In this document: one piece after another, positions 37,212 to 49,074 of the stretch
How positions within the stretch are numbered: the first letter of the stretch is position 1
How the letters are laid out: every line of letters begins with the position of its first letter
Source of the DNA: Bispira polyomma
Lineage: Eukaryota
DNA: 64,000 nt
Assembly (NCBI GenBank): GCA_965649765.1
Contig: OZ287749.1
Location: 49,042,001-49,106,000, forward strand
Direction: 5' to 3'
The notes under the pieces: model-generated
Seen by the model: the letters and a program-made list of their open reading frames with translations, nothing else
What the model was told of the DNA's origin: nothing
The model's database searches: none
Translations under genes and position numbers: made by a program

Positions 37212-40200
37212 TTTCACACTTTGCAAACATTTATATAAATAAGAATTAAAACTCATTATCATCATAAGCCATTTCCACAGATAAATACAGCAAATAAATT
37301 TGCATAAATTTAGAAAGTGAAGAATCACCAATGAGATTACTTTTATTTTATAAACCCACATACCAGAGAATGAATCTGATTGCAGTTATCAATGTAATAC
37401 ACTTCCCAGATCTCAAATTATGTCTTACTTAGACTTTAATCAGTTTTTATGTGCTGCTGATTTAAAATTAGTATAGTGGTAAACATTAAAAGGTACCAAG
37501 ATATTTGATAATAAAGACAAAAACTTACTCAGGGATGACCCTACAGGAGGCCGCTGCTTAAAAAGATTAGTGTTTGATTGCATCTGTGGTCAGTATACCA
37601 AGAGTCACTTCAAAGTGTTTTTTGGTTATATTTTATAAGGTCTATGATGTACAATCAACTTAGAAGTGTACAACTTCTGTATGTTTAACAAAATAAGTAA
37701 GAAAGAAGTAATATACAAGTATAAATCAAATAGGTCCATATTTCCATTAAATAACTTAAATAACTTTTATTAAAGTAGAAAAGGACAAAAAGAAAGTAAA
37801 AGGTTTACATTTTATAGTTTAATTAAATTTTTTCTTCAAGAAATATTGAAAGTTTGAATTTCTTTTCTATAAAATATCTATTACACAAATTGCCTGAAAT
37901 CATATGTTACCAGTCAGGCAAAATCCTTGAAAACGGTGTCAATCATATATGTCCATATTTTTATTTAATTACTTAATTAAATTATATTAAATTAGAAAAG
38001 GACAAAAATAAAGTAAAGTTTGACGTTTATAACTTAATTTACTTATTTCAAACTTTAGAACTAAAAATGTGCTATATATATACCAGTAACAAAGGTAAAG
38101 TCTGTGTGTTTTACACAAAAATATAATTTCAAATATTATCCCGTTGAACGGATCTTTAATGAAATGAATTGACCTTTACCCTAGGGATGAATTACCTTTA
38201 TTTCACTAAACAGGAGTAATACATCACAAACATTCAGGTAGAACCAATATACATGTGGGGGACTCGTTAGCTTTACTCTAGGGCTGCTGTCGGATCCAAT
38301 TTCCTTGAGAACAACATAGAACAGAGGTGTGGCCAAGAGAAGCAGTGTTTTCGTGAATATTTGTAAAAGTTGTGTAAGAGTGTATAATAATAATAACATA
38401 TGATGAAATAGCCAATGTTGTAAGCAGTATATTGCTTGTATTTTTTCAATATCTAGACATAGTCGTAAGCTTTTAGATAACACATTCACAAAAAACAATA
38501 CAGGGAATAAATAAACACAATGTGTAACATTTATGTCTGTGTCTGTGTCAGCTATAGATATTTCCATTTCTAATACTTGTACTAAGAAGAAGCAACATTT
38601 AGTTTGTTTTTTGATATACCTTTTGCTTTTCATTGTACAGAGACACTGACTTTTTACTATACATGCTTAGCAACTTTCAATAGAGGCAAAGTATGCCTGC
38701 TCAACTAAAAAACTGTTTAAAACAGTTATTACCCGGCTTATAAATATTTCACTGTCTTATTCACACTTTGTCATGGATATTTGCAGTTGCTGCAAATGGC
38801 ATGAATAAATATTTGCCATTCAAGCACATAGTAAGGGATACAAAATGCCCTCATTCTGTTTCTGTCCCACTTATAGCCCTGGCTGGAGAATTGCTAAGGT
38901 GAGAGTGGCTTTTAGCTTACCAGCCTTGTGATACCATACATAAAGCACATGGTATCATTTTGTTCACACGATTAGTATATTCGTTTATTTCCCCAGATGA
39001 ACCATATATTGGACCTAGAGATATTTGGTAAATATAACCATTACATATTAACACAGGTTACACTGGGTATGAAATGTTGATGATAATGGTCATAATTGTG
39101 GTGAGTGTGTGTGCTTTCTGGTGACAATTTAGCTTGTAAATACTACAATTACTTCATTTAACCTTTGTTCCATGTACACTTTATTTATTATGCACCAAGA
39201 GGCATTAATAGTCAAGGTCGTATTTTGGCGGTGGAGATTTATGCTTACCCTATGCTTTAGAAGGAATCTATGTGGCTTTAAAATATCATCCTGGTTACTT
39301 TGGAGCATCGCTATTTGACTGGCTAATAGCCATAAACGCATGGCCATTGTTTTTTTTAACTTGCACAAGTGAGAGGCGACCATCAAAGAATATTCATAAA
39401 TAATGCACAGCTAATACAATGTTAAGACAAATGTCTGAACTTCATATCGTTTTATTTACAATAAGCAGAATATTATTTACATTTCTACACATGCATATAT
39501 GCTATTTATAATTATTTAGGTCTTTGTAAATTAAAAAATAAATTCTATTTTTTTTTCTATTATCTGACTGTTCTGCTTATATCAGACTTGCTATCTCACA
39601 GAATTTATGATTTAAAATATGTCAGGCATTATATACCTTTTGTTTAACTTATATCAACTTACAGTAAGGAATGTTTGATAGTTTACATCATAATATCATA
39701 ATAAATAGTAAATGCTCAAAATTGGCAATTGACAGCAAGGTAACAATGCTCATTTGTTAAAGTTATGCAAAGGAGTCTGGCTTAACGTTAAGCCCTTGGC
39801 TAAGGAGCTAACAGACAGAGCTACTTTGTGAATAGCAATAAAATTAAGACAAATGTTTTTATTATCATCAACTCGGGAGACCATATTTGGAAATAAAAGT
39901 ATTTTTTTAATCTTGACAATTCTTGGCATTATTGAGTGTGTGCTCACTACAATCGAAAGAATAGCTTGCTTACATTGAAACATGTGCAGTTTTAGGAAAT
40001 TCCACATGGATGTAGCTTTTCTTGCTGTTAAAGGGTTTTTGTTTTGTTCACCCCGACAGCCATTTGGCTCGACCTTTGACTAATTTATTGTGTTATTTCT
40101 GATATCAATACACCCATTAACCACTATACACCCACCCTTGAAGTTGTAGGCTGTAGTAAAAACACGATAAGATATTATAGCCTTCTAAGAACAACACTCC

Positions 40201-40683
40201 CCCACAATCTAAATTTCCTTTTATTTTTGTTCCAGGGCATATAAATTGTGTTTTATACACTCTTACAATGATATAATTTCAAATATTATCCTATTGAATG
40301 TATTTCAGATGAAATTCATAGACCTTTTAACCAAGGGATGAATGAGCTTTACTCCATTAAACAGAAGTAATACGTCACAAAGATTAAGGTAGAACCAATA
40401 TACATGTGGGTGACTCGTTAGCTTTACTCTAGGGCTGCTGTCGGGTCCAATTTCCTTGAGAACAACAGAGAACAGAGATGTGGCCAAGGGAAGCAGTGTT
40501 TTCCATGAGTAAAAAAAGCTTAATTGAATTATGACTGCATTTTATGGACTCATATCCATTTCTAGCCTGCAAATTTATGGATCACCCGCTTAGTTGAGTA
40601 GTAATATAGGTGTTGTATTCATTGTTTCTTGCTTTTGTTTTGAGTTGGCCTGATGGATTCATCATTTCTTGCCTTTGTTTTGG

Positions 40684-40900
40684 AGTGGCCTAATGGTTAT
40701 ATACAGGTCTGTATTCATATTACCAGCCTCTCACCTCTGACGATAGTAGGATCGAATCCCACTCCTTTTTTTGTTTGAGGAAGTTTGCCAGATATTTGAC
40801 ATAGATCGGTGATAAAACTCACCAAACTTACGTATGCATCTAAACGTTTCACAACTCACCTGATTGATATAAAATGGGTAAAAACTTACTTAAAACGTTT
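40684..40900 (+). mobile_element. Old tRNA-derived SINE relic
   Basis: gtggcctaatggtt ... cctctcacctctga ... ggatcgaatccc (A/B boxes), related to the other SINE heads in the window. Confidence 0.5.
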
Positions 40901-42425
40901 AATGCTTACAAATATAAGAACTGTACATAAACCTTTCCTTCGCAATGTAGTGCGCATGATTTATACGCAATGCAATTTACACAATGCACACAGTGAGTTT
41001 ATGTCCAAAACTTTTATTTAAAACATTCTACTTTATTAAAAGTAATTCGCAACAGCTTCTAGGAAATGGCCCATTGGGAAACACTTTCATTAATTCAGGT
41101 CTGAATGTTAAAAACATTCACAATGGTTTATTTCACTGTAATAAGTTTTAGAGAAAAAAAATGTGATAAATAATTTTAAAGTATCAATATTTGTTTAGCA
41201 CCTAAGTGCTTTAAATCCTACAACGCAGGTGAATAATGCCTTAATCAATGCAACACATTTAAAAAAAATAATAATATATCAGTAGATAGCCACTTCTGCC
41301 ATTGTTAGGTATATTTTCAACCATTTTGCAACAGCTTCTAGGAAACAATTTGTTTCTATTTTTCAAATAGGTCCTAATTCTAAGTGCTTTAATGTAGCCG
41401 TAGATGGCAACTTCTGCCATTGTTTGGTATATTTTAAAACAATTTCATTGAGTACATTTAAACTCAGTTTTTGTTGGGGATTCAAAAGGATATATTTTAC
41501 GGAATGCACAAGTAGAGACAACTAGTGTCAATAACTTTCATTCCATTAACAGAAGACAGAAGCTCAAAGATGATCATAAATCAACGTCCTCTAGCTTCCA
41601 TAGCCCATGAACTGGTCTCCTGTGTCCCAGTGGTGAGGAACTTACAGGCCCCACCAACCCCAGGAGAAGAACGCTCAAAAACACATGAATTGAGCTTACT
41701 ATTTTTATTATACATAAAATTGAGGTTATTGCTACTACTACAATATGTTTACATATCCATTGACTATATATGTTAAGTTCGTTATACACATTGAATTAGT
41801 ACATTATGTATTCTAATAAATCTTTAATTAGTACATTACTGATTCTGGCAACCTTAACTCAACACTCAGTCTTTCAAATTTAGGTTGGCTGACAGTAAAC
41901 TATGAGCACCATAACATCACTTTAAGGAGACCCTTATGTTCCCTTGATTTAACACATGCTACAATTCACTTTAAGGTAACAGACCCAATTGTACATTGAG
42001 TCTGGACAAAGCTTTTCTAATACAGGTATCTGTAAGAACTTGCCAACCTGCAGCAGTTCTGCACTGGAATAAGGGCTCATGTTGCTGAGGGTTATACAAC
42101 TGAAACACGTCACACAAGGCTCTGTATGGACAGAGGTGTGAGTCACCTAGCTTGGGGAGACTAATGACATTGACCTTGTTTCTGTCTTGCATTGTCTAAC
42201 ATCACTTTAAGGGGACCTTTATGTTCCCTTTATTTAACACATAATGATACAATTCACTTTTAGGTAACATTAACACGTGTATAAAAATTTGGAAAATATT
42301 GAGTAATAAGTAAATTTCATGAACAGTAATAGCATAACATAACAGTAAAATTTCCCTCAAGCCCAAGAGTAATGCAGTGCTGCATTTATGTAGCTATTTA
42401 TCTAATATGGATTGAAACGAACGAG

Positions 42426-43370
42426 CTACTTGCTTCCCAAGTTGTGGTCTGCCTGGATGTACCTCCACACACAATCCGACATCCAGGTGGCATGATGTTT
42501 GATCTGTTGTATTGGTATATTTGCATTATAAGCAAATGTAGCACCTAAACATCGGAAGGTGTGGAACGTAAAGTAATGCGGGTCCAGACCCAATTGTACA
42601 TTGTGTCTAGACAAAGTTTTTCTAATACAGGTATCTGTAAGAACTTGCCAACCTGCAGCAGTTCTGCACTGGAATAAGGGCTCATGTTGCTGAGGGTTAT
42701 ACAACTGAAACACGTCACACAAGGCTCTGTATGGACAGAGTTGTGATTCACTTAGCTTGGGGAGACTAATGACATTGACCTTATTTCTGTCTTGCATTGT
42801 CTTAGTCCATTTTATTAAGACCTTGACCAGAGACTTTGTGAAGAAGACATCGCCCCCTGCCAAGTGTCTGGTGCTGTCAAAGGTATGCAAAGAATGTGGG
42901 GCAATATTTGACGCTCTAAACAAAACAAAAAATGCTGTTAGAAACACAGCCTTGAAAACCTTGCCATGATGCATTTTTTTCACATAATAATATCAAGCTT
43001 TTCAGTGTTACTTCATCCATGATGTTTGTACGCATTATTGATATGGGTCTATTAATTCTAACAGTTTTTACAAAATACTTGATTTTGGGTTGCTCAAAGC
43101 ACTGATAGGGGAGATCATAGATGATGCAATTTGCCTTTATGGCTGATATATAATTGCTAATCATGTTGACTGAGACTCCACTTACCACCAAACATTCCAT
43201 AAAGGCCAACACTACCTCAGTATTGATATCTGCTTATTTAACTTTTACATGTAAACAAAATGACACAAAGTTCTTGAATAGCATGCTGTAACATTTCTGG
43301 GTCTTTGGTCGAAATGCCTGTTGCAATCTAGCACCTGCCTGACCCGACAGCGTTGCCACCACACTGTGAC
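42426..43370 (-). pseudogene. Tyrosine recombinase/integrase of the Ngaro element (one in-frame stop, one frameshift near 42980)
   Basis: AFRPKTQKCY N-terminal core-binding region; FRASN, KWTKTMQ, CPY.AL, FHTFR, HATW.SD.VWRYI. Confidence 0.85.
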
Positions 43371-43417
43371 CTACAACAAAGTATAGTATCATTAGTTATC
43401 AGTATGTGCTGTACATT

Positions 43418-45100
43418 ATAAGTCATTATCTAATTCTAACATTTCAATACACACAGGAAGCCATACTGGCTGTTGCACATACATTAATAATTCACTGTTA
43501 TTTGCCACTCTATTCTACCATCTAGACAGGAGATCGGCAGTTCTACTCAGTTTGCCCAAGACATGGATGTACTGCAGATCTACATCTGCTAGTGCAGCCA
43601 GATACCATACATTCCTGGCACAGGCCCCCAAGAAAGGGGCCCTGGCCCTACCTGACTGCAGCACTTTCACTACAGCATCATTGTCACATTTAATTAGCAC
43701 TCGTCTACCACTCCAATGTTTGTAAAACAACCTCAAGGCAAGTAATATATTGATCATTTCTAAATGAACAATATCTAGCTGTTGTAACCCCTACATATTC
43801 CAAGGTGGTATACCATGTCTTTCCATCTGCCCCCCAAACCTGTTAGGCAGGCATCTAGTGCTAATATAAAATCAGTGTTTTTATGGTCATACATCAATAT
43901 GCCATCGTATGTTGGCAGAAATTTAGCAAACCACCTGAAGTCCCTGAAGAAGTCTGCAGTCAATTGTATTTTGCCCCCATGTTGGCTTTTTCTCAAAAGC
44001 TCCAGCATCCTGTTTAAGAAGAACCTGGCCGGCTTTACACATTTGTGTACATACAGTAGCAGTCCCATAAGGGACTGCAACTGCCTAATAGTACAAGTTT
44101 TCCAGCTATGCCATTCCTTGACAACTTCATTAATTTTGTGCAACTTATCTTGGGGAATCGAGATGGTTCCAGTTTCTGTACTAATGAGGACTCCCAAACA
44201 CACAGCCTGCGTGCTAGGGGGTATCAATTTCTTTGCACTAATCGTGAGACCCAAATTTTCCAACAATTGGTATAGGCATTCATAGGACTTCTTTGCTACA
44301 GCGGCCATGCCGTACCCAATATAATTATCAATGTAGTCCACGACACTGTAACCACGGCAACGCATGACATTTCGGACACCGTCACTTAACCGCTGAAAAA
44401 TTTGTCTTCCGTGTCTACTCCCAAAGGGAAGACACGTGTGGACGTATGTGCCTTTACATGACAAGCCCAGCAAGTCGTAGTCACACAAGTCAATCTTTAC
44501 GTGGCAAAATGCCGTGCTGACATCTATTTTATACACATCCGAGCCACGGCCTAATTTCCTAAGCTCATATGTGATGTGATCAAGCAGAAGTCAAACAGAA
44601 GTCAGTGCCTAGATAAGTATTCTTATCTACCGCCGCGTTTACCGAGTGTCCCTCCAGCCAACTCAAGTCTATTATCACACATCTGTTAACCGACCCTGGC
44701 TTGTGTCTAGTCATGAAGGGGGAGCAATGCCACCCTTTATTGGATGTTTGTCAAAAGGGCCTATAATTGCCCCATGTTTTATTTCTTTATTCAAATAGGC
44801 TTCTATGTCTTCAGGGAAATTAACAGCTGACTTGTGGTTTTCCCCCTCCCACACCAAATCAGTGTCCCTGTTAAAGTCCAATGGTAACCCATATTCAATG
44901 AACTCTAGTATTACCTGGTCCCAGTAGTCTTTTAATACCAGTTTCCAATGGTCTACCTTTAATTGGGAGTTGACACACAGTGTGCCTTAATAGGGTCAGT
45001 CATTACTGGGGCCTGAGTTTGAACAATGTCATGGTGAAGTGGGTCTGATAATGGAACAAAGCCATAATTGAAATCAGTTTGTTCTTGCCACCGTCTGTGT
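43418..45100 (-). pseudogene. RT-RNase H (pol) of the Ngaro element, frameshifted
   Basis: ORF pieces 44536-43775 and 43757-43515, plus upstream motifs in 45000-44540; natural end ...LELDNDL* at ~43418. Confidence 0.85.
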
Positions 45101-47784
45101 GCTAACACCATGTCCACTTAACCTGTCACATCTCTATGTTTGTATAATATTGAATGGACAAATTTATCACCCTCACCATTTCTATTTATGTCAAACAACT
45201 GGGTTTGTTTCCCCTTAGCGTTTTGTTTCAATTCACTGGCCGTGGTACTACAACTAACTTCATCTGCAGATGTATTGTTACTGGCTAATTGAATCCCATC
45301 CCCACTATGTTTAATCAAGTTTTGACACCTCTTTTGTTCCCCACCCGTGACTCCTCCCACAACAAGGAAGGTGTTATTCCCCTACTTGTTATGGTTGGGT
45401 CACACTGCACGGTTTGTGTAACACTTTCATTGTCTCCTCTACATTGTTGACAATTTGAGGACACTTGCTTTGTTTAAACACTCTCTCAGTGACACGTCTG
45501 GTTTTGTTGTTTACCCTGGCACCCTGAGCATTGACCCTAATTTTTTTTTGCTAACAATTCTAGTGGGGCAGTGCACGTACCTAGTTCCATTTTCCTTTCC
45601 ACCTGCCAAAAAAAGCCTCAATGTTTTTCCTGGCAGTTTTTAAATGATAAAAATGTCTGGTTCTATAACACTGGTGTACATGAGCCTGATGTTTAACATT
45701 GGACCTGTCACTGAGAATCGTGTTTTTAAAACTCTTTGCTATTCTACCTAACGTAAAACACATATCACCAACACAGTGATTAAACCTCTGAACCCATTTT
45801 TATCAACAACATTACACAACACTAGGTTATTGTTGTCTGGAGTTATTACCTTTTGTCCCTTATACAAAATACTGCCCACTTTTCTTGCTACAGGGGAGCA
45901 GCTGGCTGCTCGTTTTGTGAATGAAAATTTTCCTTCCCAAACATACAGTCCTTTTCTGGGTGACCACTCACCCTGCCCCTCTCCAGACAAGAAGAACATA
46001 TGTTTGTGGATTTTGCCATCGTTCACGTGGTCCTTACTCTGGCTACAAGCCCCAGTTTGATACGCTTTGCAATACAAATGTTTACCACCCCGATTAACAT
46101 CTGAATTTTTTCCCAGTTATTTTTACTTGGTACTACATGCTTTTGTGCATGAGCACGTCAAATTCTATCTATTCTATGACTATCTTATCATTTCAGGGCC
46201 TCCTTTCCATCTCACAAAGCAGCACAGCGTGTGCTGCTTTAGCTGTGTGCCAGGAGAAATCAGTGGCATCCTCCATCAAATCTGACATGCATAGTAACAT
46301 TTTCTCTCTAATATCGGAGCTCCTCAACAATATTCTTGGTGAAACCCTGCACCCACTTAGTGAGTGACAACTGATGAGGAAATGCGTTGCCTAGTAGTGC
46401 CACCTATTATTGTTTCTTGGGGCCAGGAGACTTTGCTTTTAACTATTACCTATATATTCCCCCCCCCCTATTTTATTTAATTTTGTTTGCCCCATCATTA
46501 CCTTTCTGGCTTGTGGACTCAGCCTCTAAAGCACGAACACGAGTATCCACCTGCTTTTGCAGCTCATTTGAACTTCTCAACACAGATATATTTGGGGACA
46601 ATTACCTCCTTAGAGGATGACTACTTATTTAAGTAGGCACTCCTTACCTTAAGATTGTTCTGTGATGACGATTCTGCTGCTCCTGTTAAGTGACCAACTG
46701 CCACCTTGTCCTCCACCAAGTCCAGCCGTTCGTTCACCTTCCACAGCTGTTTCAAGATCAGTCGTTGCACATCTTCTTCATCAGATGAAAATTCAGAGTC
46801 CATTGCCGTCGACATCCGGGTGTCTTTGCTCTTCTTGCTCTCCACCCTTGTGTTCCTCATAGGGATCTTTTCCTTCTCTGGTTTAAAGGCTCCAGTAGTG
46901 CAGTTCTTTCCCGTGGGGGGTAGTGTCTCAACAGACACTTATTACATTTCACTTTATTTTTACTAGGCATTGTTTATGCTCTAGAGTTGTTCATATATAG
47001 TCCAGTATCTAGAAAGTTCATACACAAACACCACCAGTACGCTGTTTGAGGCAAATCCAAGCTTAATAGCCAAATTTCAAATAAATTACCCTGTTAATTA
47101 TATATGATATACAAACATCCCTTTTTAAGAGACCCTTTCGAGTCAAATCAAGCATGAGATTGTCAAAGAGCGTATGGTAGTGGTATAGAGGTTAATATTC
47201 CTTGTAGAGTAGACACAAACACAAAAAGTCAGGTTAAAATAAACTAAAAGATGTAAATGATAAAAGTTCAGCAGATAAAAAGTCCTAAAAAAACACAATT
47301 CAATATTTCACATCTGACTTGTTCATTCAGTCAGTTCAAACTGAGAAAGTATGGGGGGTTTCTTGTAAACAAGCTAGGCTTAGCCAATCACATACGTTGT
47401 GTATCTTATTGCCTAGGTAATAGGGGATTCCAGCTGACATCACAAATAAGCAATTAGCCTGGTATCCTACTAATTTTGAATGGGCTTAAGGCCTGACCCC
47501 TGTGATGCCTTGACACCCTGGTTCGACTCACAGTAACACAATAATATCGGTTTTACTCCTGGTTAAAATGAGCATGCTATTGCTTACTGATGATGAACAC
47601 TTGGCTTATTGTATTATAATCATGATTAATTGATTCTAGTTTTACTAGCAGCTGTCTGGCATCAATAAGGCACGTTAAAATTGACGTTAATAGGAAGATC
47701 ATATTCATTCTGTGAAGAGTGTGTGACCCACTAGGTAGACCGAGTTTTCTGACCTTGCTGACGCTTTGATTAATTGACAAGGAA

Positions 47785-47845
47785 CAGAGCGTGTACCATA
47801 AGCAAAAGTCTACAAATCTGACTTTTGCTTATGGTAGCCGCTGTG
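47785..47845. repeat. Hairpin with a perfect 17-bp stem and 9-nt loop, extendable to ~26 bp with mismatches
   Basis: taccataagcaaaagtc (47794-47810) / gacttttgcttatggta (47820-47836). Confidence 0.9.
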
Positions 47846-49074
47846 TCGTTAACAGCAGCACATCTGTTTCAGCGACAGGGAACTCTGTCTACACACTAGG
47901 CTACAGTGAAAGACAGCAAATAGCACCATTACTCAATTTGTGTCTTATAGACGCAGGTCACTAATAATTTTTCTTGGTTTAAGAAGAGTTTTGACCACAG
48001 TGAGTATTAGTCCATTATTGCAATATTAGTTCAATTGTTACAGCTTTTAGGTTAAAAAAGTTTTTTTGTGATAACTGTTTAAAGTTTTAATATTTGGTTC
48101 CAGTTTTGGAATAGGGTATTCATGAAACCTGACTATATTGTAGTAAAGTGGTGTATTTAAGAGAAGAATTGAGACAATTTACCTGAGTGTGTACAATACG
48201 CACAACTAAAAAGTAAGGCACTTCACCAACTAATAGAAGTGACAACATCATTCCCCTTTACTGTGTCCACGACAATGAAGCAGAAAAGCATGCTTAATGA
48301 CAAATTAGGCATGAGAGAGCTTGGGTGACGTTATCGATATCAAAGTGAGGTCGTTTTGAAGCTACTCATTTACCAATTACTAATTGAGAGAACGTAATAC
48401 ACCATATAAGTTGTGTTTTATGAATCACTGACTACATAAATAGCACAGGACTAAGCTAAGTGGGACAGAAGGGAGAGCTGAAAGGTGGAGTTTATTGGCT
48501 GCTGCAGGATGCTAATTGTAGTAGATATTTGCTCAGCGTGTGCAATAGTTGACAGTTATGTTTCTACTTTGTCTACTCCTGCAGAAACATGGAATGTTTT
48601 GATATTGACAAATGAAAGACCCTTCTTACTTTAATTGGCAGTTTCACCGGCTAAAAGTGGTATGGACGGTTCTGAAGACATTGACCAGAACCATATAAAC
48701 ATTATAATTTGTGCTTTTTAGACTCTTTGTTGTTGTGTTTTCATATGCAGGATATATTACAGGCTCATAATAATTGTTTGATAATAAGAGTAATGGACTT
48801 CAAAAAGGGACACAGTCACTCTTATTTAGAAGGGAAAACGTTCTGTCATATTTATTACTGAGACAAACAAAATTGAAACGTTTATGGATATTATGAGCAA
48901 AGATGTTATGTTTAAGTGTCTTTTCACCTTTGCTTCCTTGGTGTGCTTGATAAACTAAGAATCTTTGTGTTTAAAGACTTGAACAGATTTAAAAGTATTT
49001 AATAAAAGAAAGCTGGCATGCAGGATTCATCAAATCAGTTGCATCAATAAGGAAAGTAACAAATACACAGCAAA

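Larger units (their letters stand above)
41500..47020 (-). mobile_element. Ngaro-type (DIRS order) tyrosine-recombinase retrotransposon, decayed: gag - RT/RNase H - YR
   Basis: Gag from ATG 46970 with CNKCLLRH.PPTGKNC knuckle and a C-terminal Cys/His finger (~46080-45950). RT motifs NHKSA, GAIIGPF, CSPFMTR, IIDLSW..G.SVN, YKIDV, LPFGS, YIDN (YxDD mutated). RNase H LDACLTGLGG...KCDN...ADLLSRW. YR catalytic R-K-HxxR-W-Y. No DIRS1-type methyltransferase domain. Termini not resolved. Confidence 0.9.

Noticed and set aside
38181-38633. 150-aa minus-strand ORF and similar 60-100 aa ORFs in AT-rich regions
   Set aside because: Composition reflects AT-rich DNA, no motifs are present, and the duplicate at 40305-40487 does not preserve the full frame.
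48583-48660. Upstream coding exon of the PRRT-like gene
   Set aside because: The donor phase needed to join the acceptor at ~49102 has an in-frame stop; at most a UTR exon.
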